Assembly (NCBI GenBank): GCA_964016885.1
Contig: OZ024742.1
Location: forward strand, 325,252,001-325,316,000
Source of the DNA: Eledone cirrhosa
Taxonomy: Eukaryota
DNA length: 64,000 nucleotides
Direction of reading: 5' to 3'
The translations under genes and the position numbers were made by a program. Positions within the stretch are counted from its first letter, which is position 1, and the number at the start of each line of letters is the position of its first letter. The notes beneath the pieces were generated by a model. That model made no database searches. It saw only the letters and a list, made by a program, of their open reading frames with translations, and was not told the origin of the DNA. Of this stretch, positions 12,295 through 24,735 are shown one piece after another.

Positions 12295-15200
12295 TGTTGT
12301 CCTGGGTATGACATTAAACTACATCCAGTGGCAAGGCTCCAGTTCGGGAGTTCAGGAGATGTGGGGAATGTGGAGTTACCCCTTAGTTGTAATGACTCCC
12401 AGGTCTGCCCTGGCCCGGGGTGGTAGTACCTGTTAGGGCTCCATTTATGGGTTAAATAACTACCTTATTCGAGTGGCGCCGGTAAGGTATTGTCAGCCAT
12501 TGAAAAGAAATATGGAGAGTCGATCTAACAGCACTAGGGTTAGAGCCCCTAATTACACTGTCAAGGAGCAGCCTGGTCGTTATGACTCTGCTGGCTTAGA
12601 GCCACAGAGAGGGCCAGTGGATGATGGATCAGCTGTCTCTGAGACAAATATAAAGAATGCAGTTTTGTCCTGCAGAAGAGCCATCAAAATGGGCACTTTG
12701 AATGTGAGGACTATTCGAACGCTGGAGAAGAGAGAGGAGTTGGGACATCTGTTCGAGGAGAGTGGTATACAGATACTTGCGATCCAAGAACACAGGATTC
12801 TACACGATGAGCCCGTGAGGAGTGTGATGATCGGGAGGAAGAGCCAGCTCATCACTACATCGGCAGTGAAGAACACAACAAATGCTGCAGCAGGAGGAGT
12901 GGGTTTTGTGTTCAGTGCAAAAACCAATCTGTTGGTGAGGGAAATAATGCCTATCTCCCCGCGAGTGTTGAGGGTGACCTTCAATGGAAACCCAAGACTG
13001 ACAGTCATCTCAGCCTATAGTCCAACCGAGGGGGACAGTGATGTGAATGCCGAGGAGTTCCATGAGGAGGTGTGTAGAGCTGTCAACACCACTCAGGCAC
13101 ACAATATCCTGCTTGTTTTGGGGGACTTCAATGCACATCTGAGTAAGGAGGGCAGTGAAGATCCTTGCTGGTACTTCCATAACAACACCAACCGAAATGG
13201 AAGACTACTGAGAGACACCCTGCTGGAGGCGAACTTGATGGCGACCAACCTAAGGTTTAGGAAGAATCTGGGGAAGATGTGGACCTACATCTCAGATATG
13301 CACCTGTCCAAGTCCCAGATTGATTTCATTCTGGTGAGGAAAAAGTGGCGGAATAGTGTTCTGAACACGGAACCATACAGCTATTTCAGTACACTGGGTA
13401 GTGACCACCGGCTTGTTATGAGTGAGGTCCGCGTGAGCTTAAGAAAGAGCAAGGCTCAGCCCCGGAGAACAATCTATGACTGGGGAGCTTTCAAGGAAGA
13501 TGATAAGCTACAGGAGACGTTCACAGTGGAAGTGAGAAACAGGTTTAGTGCTCTGTGTGGAGAGTCAGAGGAGAGAGAGATTGGATGGAGTGAGGAGAGT
13601 GTGACGAGGAGGTACGGGCACTTCACCAATGCAGTGGCGAAAGCAAGTGAAACCCTGGTGCCGAGGAAAGAGAACAAAGGGAAGCACGTCAGCTCTGCAA
13701 ACCCAAAAGTGTGTGCAGCCAGAGAACACCTGAAAGCTGCCAGGGACAAATTCTATGCTGATCCCACGGAGGAGAGGATGGAGACTGTGGAGGTGATGAG
13801 GGAAGAGCTCTGTACCGCTTACACTAGGGTCAGAGAGGAGGAACTGATAGAGAAGATCAGAAGTGTGGAGAGAGCGGTTGACAGATCTGGATGTAAGGAG
13901 AGCTGGATGATCATCAACGAGATCACAGGGAGGAAGAAAAGGTGTTCGAGTCAGATCCAGGAAACGGGGCCCGAGGATAGGAAGAGGAAATGGCTAGACC
14001 ATTTTAGGACCCTACTAGGAGATACACCCTCCACAGCCCAGAGCACTGGGGAGATCAGGCGGCTGTTTGAGGAACTGGATGTTGAGACAGAGCCCTTCAC
14101 CAGAGAGGAGCTTCAGAGAGCCAAGAAGAAGATCAAGGAGGGCAAGGCTCATGGAGAAGATGGAGTGGCATCAGAGGTGATGAAGAGGTGTGATTTTGAT
14201 GATATCATCCTGGGGTTCTGTAACGGGGCACTGGAGAAAGGAGTTGCCCCGAATCAGTGGAGGATCAGTAACATCGTCCCAGTGCCAAAGAAGGGAGATC
14301 TCTCTAACACCAACAACTACCGGGGGATCTCACTGACGTCACTTGTGGCAAAGACCCTCAACAGGATGATTCTTAACAGGATCCAGCCTGAGATGGAGAA
14401 GAAGCTCAGGGACAACCAGAACGGCTTCAGAGAGGGTAGATCAACCACCAGTCACATCCTGATGCTGAGGAGGATATTAGAGGGAGCTAGAGCAAAGTGC
14501 CTTCCTGCGGTCATGGTTTTCATTGACTTTAGGAAGGCCTTTGATTCTGTGGACCGTTACTGCCTGATGAAGATCTTACAGGCTTATGGAATCCCCAAGA
14601 GGATAGTGGACCTGATATCACTGCTCTACACCAACACCAAAGCCCAAGTCATTACACCTGATGGGATGACAGAGTTCTTTGAGATACTGGCTGGAGTGCT
14701 CCAGGGAGATACATTGGCTCCCTACCTTTTTATCATCGTAGTGGACTATTGTATGCGCCTTGCACTGGAGAAACACCAGGACACTGGCTTTACTGTAGCA
14801 CCGGCTCAGAGCAGGAGAGTTGGGGCGAAAAAGGTATCGGATGCTGAATTTGCCGACGACATAGTTTTGGTGACAAATACAGTGAAGGAGGCAGAGGATT
14901 TGATGCGGGAGGTTGAGACTGTGTCGATGAGTGTGGGGCTGAGAATGAATGAGACTAAAACAAAATATCTGGTAGAGAATGTTGAGAAGCCAGAGGGGAT
15001 CACTAATGTAGGCGGGAAGCCGCTGGAATTGGTTGAGGAATTCCTGTATTTGGGAGCAAAGATTGGGAATACGGAAGATGATGTGGTTGAGAGGAAGAGC
15101 AAGGCCTGGGCGGCGTATCACAGCTTGAGATCGGTGTGGAAGTCGGACCTTCGTAGAGACCTGAAAATCCGCCTCTTCATTGCTGTAGTGGAGTCTGTAC

Positions 15201-15617
15201 TGCTGTATGGGTCTGAGACTTGGACACTGACCAAGAGACTCACTCAGATGGTGGATGGGTGCTACACAAGACTGCTGAGGATGGCTCTGAACATTAATCA
15301 GTATACACTGAGGATGAAAAACTCAGAGCTGTATGGGAGCATCCCAAAAGTCAGCTCAAAAGTGACACAGAGGAGACTGAGGTTGGCTGGACATGCTCAC
15401 CGACATCCAGAGTTGACATTGCACTCAGTGCTCCTTTGGGAGCCCCTACATGGACACACTAGAAGAGGAAGACCAAGGTTAACATAAGTTGATGCCCTAA
15501 GGACAGACACTGGTCTGTTGGAGATGCAGGATATGGCAGCGATAATGAGGGACAGAGACAGCTGGAGAGAACTCGCCCATGGATCTCGGGAATTTTACCC
15601 GCCTTAGATAGATAGAT
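12295..15617 (+). mobile_element. Full-length RTE-clade non-LTR retrotransposon inserted in (TA)n
   Basis: GC-richer 3.3-kb block with a ~215-bp structured 5' UTR, a single APE+RT ORF and a (TAGA)n tail; TA-rich microsatellite on both sides. Confidence 0.93.
12512..15487 (+). CDS. RTE ORF: apurinic-like endonuclease + reverse transcriptase; a premature TAA removes ~39 C-terminal aa (natural stop 15605-15607)
   Basis: APE motifs GTLNVRT, LAIQEHR, SAYSPT, LGDFNA, SQIDFIL, SDHRLV; RT motifs NYRGISL, QNGFREGRST, FIDFRKAFDSV, GVLQGDTLAPYLF, FADD; RTE C-terminus RGRPRLT*VDALRTDTG...DRDSWR. Confidence 0.92.
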   Translation: MESRSNSTRVRAPNYTVKEQPGRYDSAGLEPQRGPVDDGSAVSETNIKNAVLSCRRAIKMGTLNVRTIRTLEKREELGHLFEESGIQILAIQEHRILHDEPVRSVMIGRKSQLITTSAVKNTTNAAAGGVGFVFSAKTNLLVREIMPISPRVLRVTFNGNPRLTVISAYSPTEGDSDVNAEEFHEEVCRAVNTTQAHNILLVLGDFNAHLSKEGSEDPCWYFHNNTNRNGRLLRDTLLEANLMATNLRFRKNLGKMWTYISDMHLSKSQIDFILVRKKWRNSVLNTEPYSYFSTLGSDHRLVMSEVRVSLRKSKAQPRRTIYDWGAFKEDDKLQETFTVEVRNRFSALCGESEEREIGWSEESVTRRYGHFTNAVAKASETLVPRKENKGKHVSSANPKVCAAREHLKAARDKFYADPTEERMETVEVMREELCTAYTRVREEELIEKIRSVERAVDRSGCKESWMIINEITGRKKRCSSQIQETGPEDRKRKWLDHFRTLLGDTPSTAQSTGEIRRLFEELDVETEPFTREELQRAKKKIKEGKAHGEDGVASEVMKRCDFDDIILGFCNGALEKGVAPNQWRISNIVPVPKKGDLSNTNNYRGISLTSLVAKTLNRMILNRIQPEMEKKLRDNQNGFREGRSTTSHILMLRRILEGARAKCLPAVMVFIDFRKAFDSVDRYCLMKILQAYGIPKRIVDLISLLYTNTKAQVITPDGMTEFFEILAGVLQGDTLAPYLFIIVVDYCMRLALEKHQDTGFTVAPAQSRRVGAKKVSDAEFADDIVLVTNTVKEAEDLMREVETVSMSVGLRMNETKTKYLVENVEKPEGITNVGGKPLELVEEFLYLGAKIGNTEDDVVERKSKAWAAYHSLRSVWKSDLRRDLKIRLFIAVVESVLLYGSETWTLTKRLTQMVDGCYTRLLRMALNINQYTLRMKNSELYGSIPKVSSKVTQRRLRLAGHAHRHPELTLHSVLLWEPLHGHTRRGRPRLT

Positions 15618-15696
15618 TTATATATGTATATTTATATATATATATATTGTTATACTTTGGGAGGGTCAGAAACGATATATATATATATATACATAT

Positions 15697-16500
15697 ATAT
15701 AAATGAGACGTATAGAGATTGTTTTAGCAAGAAGCTAACGGCATTCTATAACATATATGCGACTATAACGTCAAGATGGGAAAAGTAGTTAACGAAAGAT
15801 TTAGGAAAAATAACTCAAACTCATCTCAAAAGAGAATCAGGATACAAATTCATCCACAGAATTTAGTAAAATCCATGGAAAAATCTATAGACCTTTAACT
15901 CATGATAAAACAAAGTTTGAAACACTTATCCTTCAATTTGGAATAACATCAAATGCTCTGTATAGTCTTAAAAGACTATTTCATGAAAACTTTCAGTGGA
16001 GATGGTCACGGTTGGAATATCATTCATCAGCAGAGCTCAACAGAAAACCAGGGCTCTCACAGTAATATAGTCCGAAAAAGGGAATTCTAAAACTGGCTAG
16101 TTCGCCTTCATGTGTATTTATGAAAAAGCACATGAGGAAAAAACGGGGCTAGTGACGTCAGGATGGAAGTGAATGTTTATTTACAAGAAATAGCAGTCAA
16201 ATACATTCTGAAAAAAACTCTACAAGGAGTTCAGCAAAATAGCAATAATTATCACAGTTTTTATGAAAAAAACCGGGATTAGTCACAGATAGTTTAAGCA
16301 CTCTAGGAAAAGAATCCGAGTATAAATATAAATGAGACGTATAGAGATTGTTTTAGCAAGAAGCTAACGGCATTCTATAACATATATGCGACTATAACGT
16401 CAAGATGGGAAAAGTAGTTAACGAAAGATTTAGGAAAAATAACTCAAACTCATCTCAAAAGAGAATCAGGATACAAATTCATCCACAGAATTTAGTAAAA
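15697..16500 (+). repeat. Identical ~170-bp direct repeats (~15697-15870 and ~16327-16500) flanking ~460 bp
   Basis: AAATGAGACGTATAGAGATTG...CCACAGAATTTAGTAAAA occurs twice with no visible differences. Confidence 0.85.
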
Positions 16501-16575
16501 ATATGTATATTTATATATATGTAAACAATTAAGTTAAAACGAAACGAAATTTAATTTCGTTTCGTTATTTGTTTT

Positions 16576-17718
<1,143 letters not shown>

Positions 17719-18308
17719 TCGTGTATGCAGTAGGCATACATCTCAATATTTTCGTGACCAACTTCCGTATGACTAGCATTATTTAAAATGAAGCCAAAAG
17801 AAAATAAGCAATCTTTTTTTTTATTCATTATTTTGGTTTAAAGTTCCTGTCTGGCAGAATCATTTGTTAAAATCAACAAAAAAATCTTTTGAAAATGTTC
17901 TTTTGTTTGTTGCACTGTTTTTCTGTTAGAAACGTTCATGTTTTCATGTTCATTATTCATATATTTATGTAATTTGTTTTCGGTGTTTTTTATAAAAATA
18001 TGGAAGGAAATAAATATATCTTCATCAGCTTTACATTTATAAATTTGCTATAAATTGCTGTCGCCTTTCCCCTCCTCATGCCACCATTTTATAATCGTTT
18101 GCCATTTATGACGATGCTTATGTATATACGCATGTATATACCTACAAGCACATGCACACACACACATATCACATGCACACATACATCCACACACATAAAT
18201 ATATACATACATACACACACGCACGCACAAACATGTTTATATATATACATATATAAGTACATACATACATGAGCCCTCTTTGGATTTTAGTCTTCAAATT
18301 TATTATTA

Positions 18309-18347
<39 letters not shown>

Positions 18348-18364
18348 GTATGTATGTATGTATG

Positions 18365-18532
18365 AGAAAACAGAGAAAAAAGAAAGGCCAGGTACAGAAC
18401 TATATATAGGTAGATATAAATTGTAAACATATAACACAATTGTAGAATCTGTAGAGAAATTTCCAGAATAGGTAGAAGTAGATGTAGTTGTTTGTGTTCT
18501 CTCTTATGTTTTCCTTTCTAAATATGTCCGCA

Positions 18533-18573
<41 letters not shown>

Positions 18574-18637
18574 CCACACACATACATGTTTACATACACA
18601 CACGCACACATATATATACATACACACACGCACACAC

Positions 18638-18668
<31 letters not shown>

Positions 18669-19154
18669 ATATATTAACAAATGGAAACTATATTTATAAA
18701 ACCATATTTATTTCATTATACATATTTCAAGGGCCACCAAAGCAGATTATGGTACGCTTTCATCAGATAAAATATAATATAGATTAGTTTTATGATTAAA
18801 TATTGACATACCCTGAAAAAATGCAACCTCACGGTTGGAGTCTCCTGAAGGTTGCATTTTTTCAGGGTATGTCAATATTTATCTGATGAAAGCACACCAT
18901 AATCTGCTTTGGTGGCCCTTGAAATATGTATAATGAAATAAATATGGTTTTATACATATAGTTTCGATTATAAATATAGTTTCGATTTGTTAATATATTG
19001 TATATTTACTCCAATAATTTGTTGAGTGTTTTATATCAGTAATAAACATATTTTTCTTGTTGTATCCCAACAAATTAAATATAACTTCTACATATATATA
19101 TACAAACACACATGTATATATACATACATACATACATATATATCTATACATGCG

Positions 19155-19251
<97 letters not shown>

Positions 19252-19547
19252 ATGTCTGTATGTATATATGTACATATATATGTATGTATATATATATATA
19301 CCTACTTACATACATATATATATATATATATATGTATGTATGTGTATATATGTACATATATATGTATGTATATATATATACCTACTTACATACATATATA
19401 TATATGTATGTATGTGTATATATATATATATATATACACATACATATATAAGTACATATATACATACATACCATACATAAATACTTACATGTATGTATAT
19501 ATGTATGTATGTATATATATATGTCTGTATATATGTATGTATGTACG

Positions 19548-19615
<68 letters not shown>

Positions 19616-19649
19616 CGTGTGTGTATGTATGTACACATGAATGTGTGTG

Positions 19650-19708
<59 letters not shown>

Positions 19709-19935
19709 ATATATGCGGACATATTTATAAGGGAATACATAAGAGAGAACATAAACAACCAAATTTGAAGATTAGCTACAATTTAACCATGCCAAACGTC
19801 TAGCCATCAATTTATTGTTTCCATCCATTACATCTACTTCTACCTATTCTGGAAATGTCTCTACACAGATTCTACAATTAGGTTATATATTTACAACTTA
19901 TATCTAACTATATTTACTTCTGTATCTGACATTTA
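18365..19935. repeat. Large diverged palindrome (centre ~18839), with a degenerate HHR-like motif in each inner arm
   Basis: Inner arms 18665-18830 / 18848-19005; outer arms ~18365-18540 / ~19708-19935; CTGATGA-AAG...CTT-GAAA-TATGTA at 18883-18930 (+) and mirrored at ~18716-18765 (-). Confidence 0.8.
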
Positions 19936-20419
19936 TCTTTTCTCTGCTTTCTCTCTTTCCGAACTGTCTCCACCATCAACTTCCTATTTACTGTAATATT
20001 TGACATTGATATTTTCTATACATTGCTATTTTTCCTCTTTAGGTTTTACATTTTCAAGAAAATCAACGAGTCTTATATTTCAATTCTAATTTATATATTT
20101 TCCTCAGAATTCTTGTCTTCATTTTTTTTTCCTTCATTTCTTCCATACTCATTTTTCCTCATTGACTTCATGTCTTCTCCCACTTAATGATAACTATCCC
20201 TTCTTTTCTTCTAAAATCCATTACGCTTTCCCTGTCCTAGATTTGTTTAATAATCAACAATCAATCTCCCCAATACATCCTCCACAAATCCATGTGGTTT
20301 TGATGTTTTGATTTCAGCTATCTATCCATCGAGCTATATGGTCCAGAGTCTCAAACTGCCTCTCTCATTGATGAACATCTCTTTCTCTAATACATTTGGT
20401 GCCATATATATAGATATAT

Positions 20420-21810
20420 GGTAAATTTCTTTAAGTCGTTTGGAAACCTCGACAATGCAAATGGGTAAATCTCCGGGTAACAAGATCCGGTGGTGGAGAG
20501 AGAGATGTAAATGGGTGTACGTTGAGATGTGTGGCCTGTATAAGACGTGTAGAGGAATGAAGGAAAGAGCGTAAAGGATAAAACTAAAAATAAAAATAAC
20601 AACACGAGAGAGAGTTACCTTGGGAGAGATTTAATTGTCCCTATATATTTCGGAGTCACATCCATCAACTGGGGTTTTTTCCGGGGTGGGGGAAAGGTTG
20701 TCTGTCGGAAAGGTGCAAAACGTGTCCTTCGCTGTTCGTTGTTTTGAATATCTGATGTATTCAGCAGAGCGCGCGTGCGCGTGAGATGGAGTCGGTCAGG
20801 CAGAGGTCAGCGGCCGAAGTAGTTCTTTCAATTGTGGGAGTGGGGTGGCGCTAGCTGTCAGTCCATTCTCTGCCTGTTTGTTGAATGTTACTGTGTGTGT
20901 GTGTGTGCGTGTGTTGTTGCCTTGTTCCTCTGTATTGGCAGTGTAGTATGTTCGTATAGTAGAATGCTACTGTGTGTGTGTGTGTGTGTGTGTGCGTGTG
21001 TTATGTCCCGCTTGTGTGTGTGCGTGTATTATGTCCCGCTTGTTAACTTAAACCAACCACCTCATTTCGCTTCTCTCGGATCGGTTGTTTAATTGTGGTC
21101 CTAGGCGTTTGATCCAAAGTGCTTCCTTGATACGTAACGTGCCGACGGTTCTTTCTGTCGCTAGAATTGTGACAATGGGCCTTCCGTCTTTGTTTCCGCA
21201 TTTGACTATGTGTTTCCGGAAAGACGAGGCCCTGGTTTTATTATGTTCCTTGATCCGGATGTGCAACGGCCGGATTGTGCTACCTATACAGTATTGGTTG
21301 CCCTTGTTACATTCTATCTTATACACGACGTATGTGCGTAGGCAACAGTTCGCATGGCGCATCGGGCAGTCTCTGTGGGAGCACGCGTCAGTTGATTTCT
21401 TGGGTTTCCTGGAGAGGCATCTTCGCAGGGAGGGGCCCGAGTGGGCTAGGTGGATGTCGAGGCCCTCCCTCCGTATAGCCTTGCGGATAGCGTTGGTGGT
21501 ATTCTCGCCCACGTGTGGAATTTTAAGGAAGCACTTGCCTAGGGTGCCTCTCTGTGTCTTGTGTCTGGTGTCTCCTACTCTGTCTGTGAGCGAGATAGGG
21601 TACCCGTTCGTCTTCAGCACCTCGAGGAATCGCTTTATTTTTATTTTTATCCTTTACGCTCTTTCCTTCATTCCTCTACACGTCTTATACACGCCACGCA
21701 TCTCAACGTACACCTACTTACATCTCTCTCTCCACCACCGGATCTTGTTACCCGGAGATTTATCCATTTGCATTGTCGAGGCTCCCAAACGACTTAAAGA
21801 AATTAACTTT
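20420..21810 (-). mobile_element. 5'-truncated Penelope-like element with its terminal ~185 bp inverted at the 5' junction
   Basis: GIY-YIG ORF on the minus strand; inverted repeats 20420-20600 / 21633-21810; degenerate HHR at 20639-20674 (-): CCC-CAGUUGA-UGGA..UCC-GAAA-UAUA-UA-GGG, followed by AATTAAA. Confidence 0.85.
21048..21620 (-). pseudogene. PLE C-terminal thumb/linker + GIY-YIG endonuclease fragment
   Basis: LKTNGYP, KIPHVG, C-x4-CP..C, VVYKIEC..YCIGST.RPLHIRIKEH, HIVKC, LRIKEALWIK..PQLN. Confidence 0.88.
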
Positions 21811-21847
21811 ATTATTCCACAATGCTTCAAGCAAACTTCAATACTCT

Positions 21848-21910
<63 letters not shown>

Positions 21911-22177
21911 TAAAACATGTCTATAGAATCACAAGCTAAAATATATACTATTTCCTCTCCCAATTAGCATAAGTAACTATATAAAATATCGAATAGACCA
22001 GGCTATACGAATGAGGTTTCTATGAAGGAATCTCCGACAAATAACCAAAACTAGCGCTTCGCGTCGGCCGTAGCGGAATACTTATCGAATATTTCGACAG
22101 CGTAATCGCCTAGATACAGTCAACTAAGCAGAATTAGGTTTAAAATAAACTAGGAGAAAATAGAATACATTTAAATA

Positions 22178-22263
22178 CCTCTACCATAGTTTCGTCCGTG
22201 TTTTGAGTTTTCCAATAATTATGTAATAATTATATAAACTCGAGCGCCGGATTCTTCAGGAAG
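22178..22263 (-). ncRNA. Type-I hammerhead ribozyme motif with a long stem II
   Basis: Minus: CUUC-CUGAAGA-AUCCG..GAGUUU.AUAAUUAU UAC AUAAUUAU..AAACUC..CGGAC-GAAA-CUAUG-GUA-GAGG. Confidence 0.6.
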
Positions 22264-22733
22264 CTCGCTCATATCTAGACATTAAATTTTCCAAAACGAT
22301 CGCGCCAAGAATTCATTTCAAAATGGCTAAAAATCGTGACGTAGTCGCGGTCAAGTTGGAAGGGGTGTGGTAGTTGCTTACGACTGGTGGCATTTTTGCT
22401 AGAAACACAGCACAATACAGCCAAATTTGTATCTCAACCTAGTGGGAGATTATTACATATAAAAGTTTACATATATATATACATACACATACATATACGT
22501 GTTTTGCAACTGGTCACTTTTTGGTTCAATGAAAAATTAATAAATTAAACAATCAGAGCTATATATCATAAAACATGTCTATAGAATCACAAGATAAACT
22601 ATATACTATTTCCTCTCCCAATTAGCATAATTAACTATATGTATGTGTATGTATATATATATATGTAAACTTTTATATATATATATCTATCAACATGAAA
22701 ATCCGAAGGCAAGGTAAAATTCCAATCATTTAA

Positions 22734-22807
22734 TCACGACACATGTTTCAATAAGGGATAGATCGATTGTGAAGCCATGATCGATTATCACTGATCTCAT
22801 CAGGTGA
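22734..22807 (-). ncRNA. Type-I hammerhead ribozyme with an extended stem II (intact core)
   Basis: Minus: UCAC-CUGAUGA-[47-nt stem II with GAUA/UAUC and AUCGAU/AUCGAU]-GAAA-CAUGU-GUC-GUGA, then UUAAA. Confidence 0.75.
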
Positions 22808-23324
22808 AAATGAATTGTCTTCAAATTCTTGATATGAGGGAGAAAAAAATAATGATGTTCTCTCACAGAATTCATTCCCTCATATGGAGACACACCAGTC
22901 AGAAACACGGCGCTGCTATTAGCTTCAGTTGAGGTCATAAAAGTTTTCAGATTTCTATCGCTGCAAAAGACGCTGGACATCAATCAAATCTGTAGGGATA
23001 CAGTCAGTCACAGTTAATGTGAGTGGGTATACATACATTCCACACCCACATATACCGGCTCGAGGTCAAAGAAAAATATATACATATATACACACACATC
23101 AACACAGTATTAAACCTATAGAGTTAGTGTGGGTGGGTAGACACACACTTTCACACACACCGAAGCGAAGTCCGAGAAAAAACAAATATAAGAAAACAAA
23201 TATAAGAAAACAAATATAAGAATGTACCAACACAGCACTCACCGAAAGTTAGTTCACAAAGCAACATAAGCTATATTGGTCAAATCTCAATTTGACGATG
23301 TACATTGGAAATATTGGGGTAACC

Positions 23325-24735
23325 AACGAAGATACCTTTAATAAGATCTCGAATTACTATAATAGCGCACTGGACCGCGCGGAGCATAGCGAGGGAATCT
23401 CATTCAAACGTCCATTAAATAGTAGAAGCAACATTGCCTGCGATAGCTTAGACCTAAATAGTGACACTCTAGTTAACAGCAGGCGTGATACGAGGGAGGA
23501 TTTATATAGTCTTCACGTTGTACTGCCGCCTAGTCCCAATGCTGTTGGTACCAATAGAAACCACCACCCAGGTACTAACACTGGGTCTGAGCAACGTAAT
23601 GCCAGCGGAAACTCTAATGGTAAACTTAATTGTGGAACCGATAAAACTACCGTTGAACGCAGTGTGGAACCAGGGTCGAGTAATGGGAATGGGGACAGGT
23701 GTAGCAGACGAATAGTGGATACAACCCCGGTCATCGAGGGTAATCCCAATGGCCGCACGGGACTACACCGCCCTTGAGACTTGGGACGATTCCGAACACA
23801 ATCGTGACACCCCAGGGCACCATCGACCCACAGGCAATTTCCAGTTACAATAGACCAGTAACTACTAGGGAGACAGTTAATTCTAATATAGTTAGTAGGA
23901 ACAGGAGGCATCGGATCAGAAAAGTCCTGTGGTATAATCCCCCTTACTCCACTGGCCTGACCACTAGTATAGCTAAGCTTTTCTTTAGGGCCTTAGACAA
24001 ATGCTTCCCTAGATCGCACAGATATTATAAAATATTCAATAGAAATACCATCAAGCTGTCCTACTCCACAACTATTAACATAGCTCAGAATATAGCTAAG
24101 ATGAATTATAGTAGACTTAGGACAGCCCATGAGGGAATTAGGCATGGCAGGAACAATGGCAGCTCTATTGAGGAACTGACTCATACACGTGAGGCGAGTC
24201 GGGTCTCCCCAACCCCAGGGAATTTACCCATAGAGCAGACTGGAACTGAGACCCTACCCCAAAGGTACCGTGCTCCATCTGGAACTACCCAGGTCGATAG
24301 CAAAAAATGTAACTGCAGAAGCACCGCCACCTGCCCCTTGGCTGGAAAATGCTTTACCAAAAACATAGTCTACGACTGTAAGGTCTCCACTCCTGATAGA
24401 ACCTTTAGGTATGTTGGGACAACTGCCACGGAATTTAAGGATAGATGGTATAATCATCGCCATACCCTTAATAGATTAGATAAAAAGAATACCACGGCAC
24501 TTTCGGAATTAGTCTGGAAGCTTAAACATCAGAAAATAGAGCACTCCTTATCCTGGTCCATAGTTTGCTCAGCCCAACCTTATAACGGCAGCACTGGCGT
24601 CAGCAATTTATGTATAGCTGAAACTTTTAATATTATTAGAGGCGGCCCCCCTATTAATTAATAGGAGAGCAGATTTCTTCAGCAACTGCCAACATAGAAC
24701 CTTGATAACCTTCCGCAGGAATTTTGGAAGGTAAC
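23325..24735 (+). pseudogene. PLE RT thumb - low-complexity linker - CxC zinc knuckle - GIY-YIG endonuclease (frameshifted)
   Basis: FNKISNYYNSAL; WYNPPYS..LDKCFP.SHRYYKIFNRNTIKLSYS; CNCR....CPLAGKC; IVYDC..YVGTTATEFKDRWYNH; NLCIAE. Confidence 0.87.

Noticed and set aside
15985-16040. Minus-strand CTGATGA...GAAA motif
   Set aside because: Stems I, II and III do not pair convincingly
21085-21939. 284-aa plus-strand ORF
   Set aside because: Antisense shadow of the minus-strand GIY-YIG ORF running into an inverted repeat and microsatellite; no motifs
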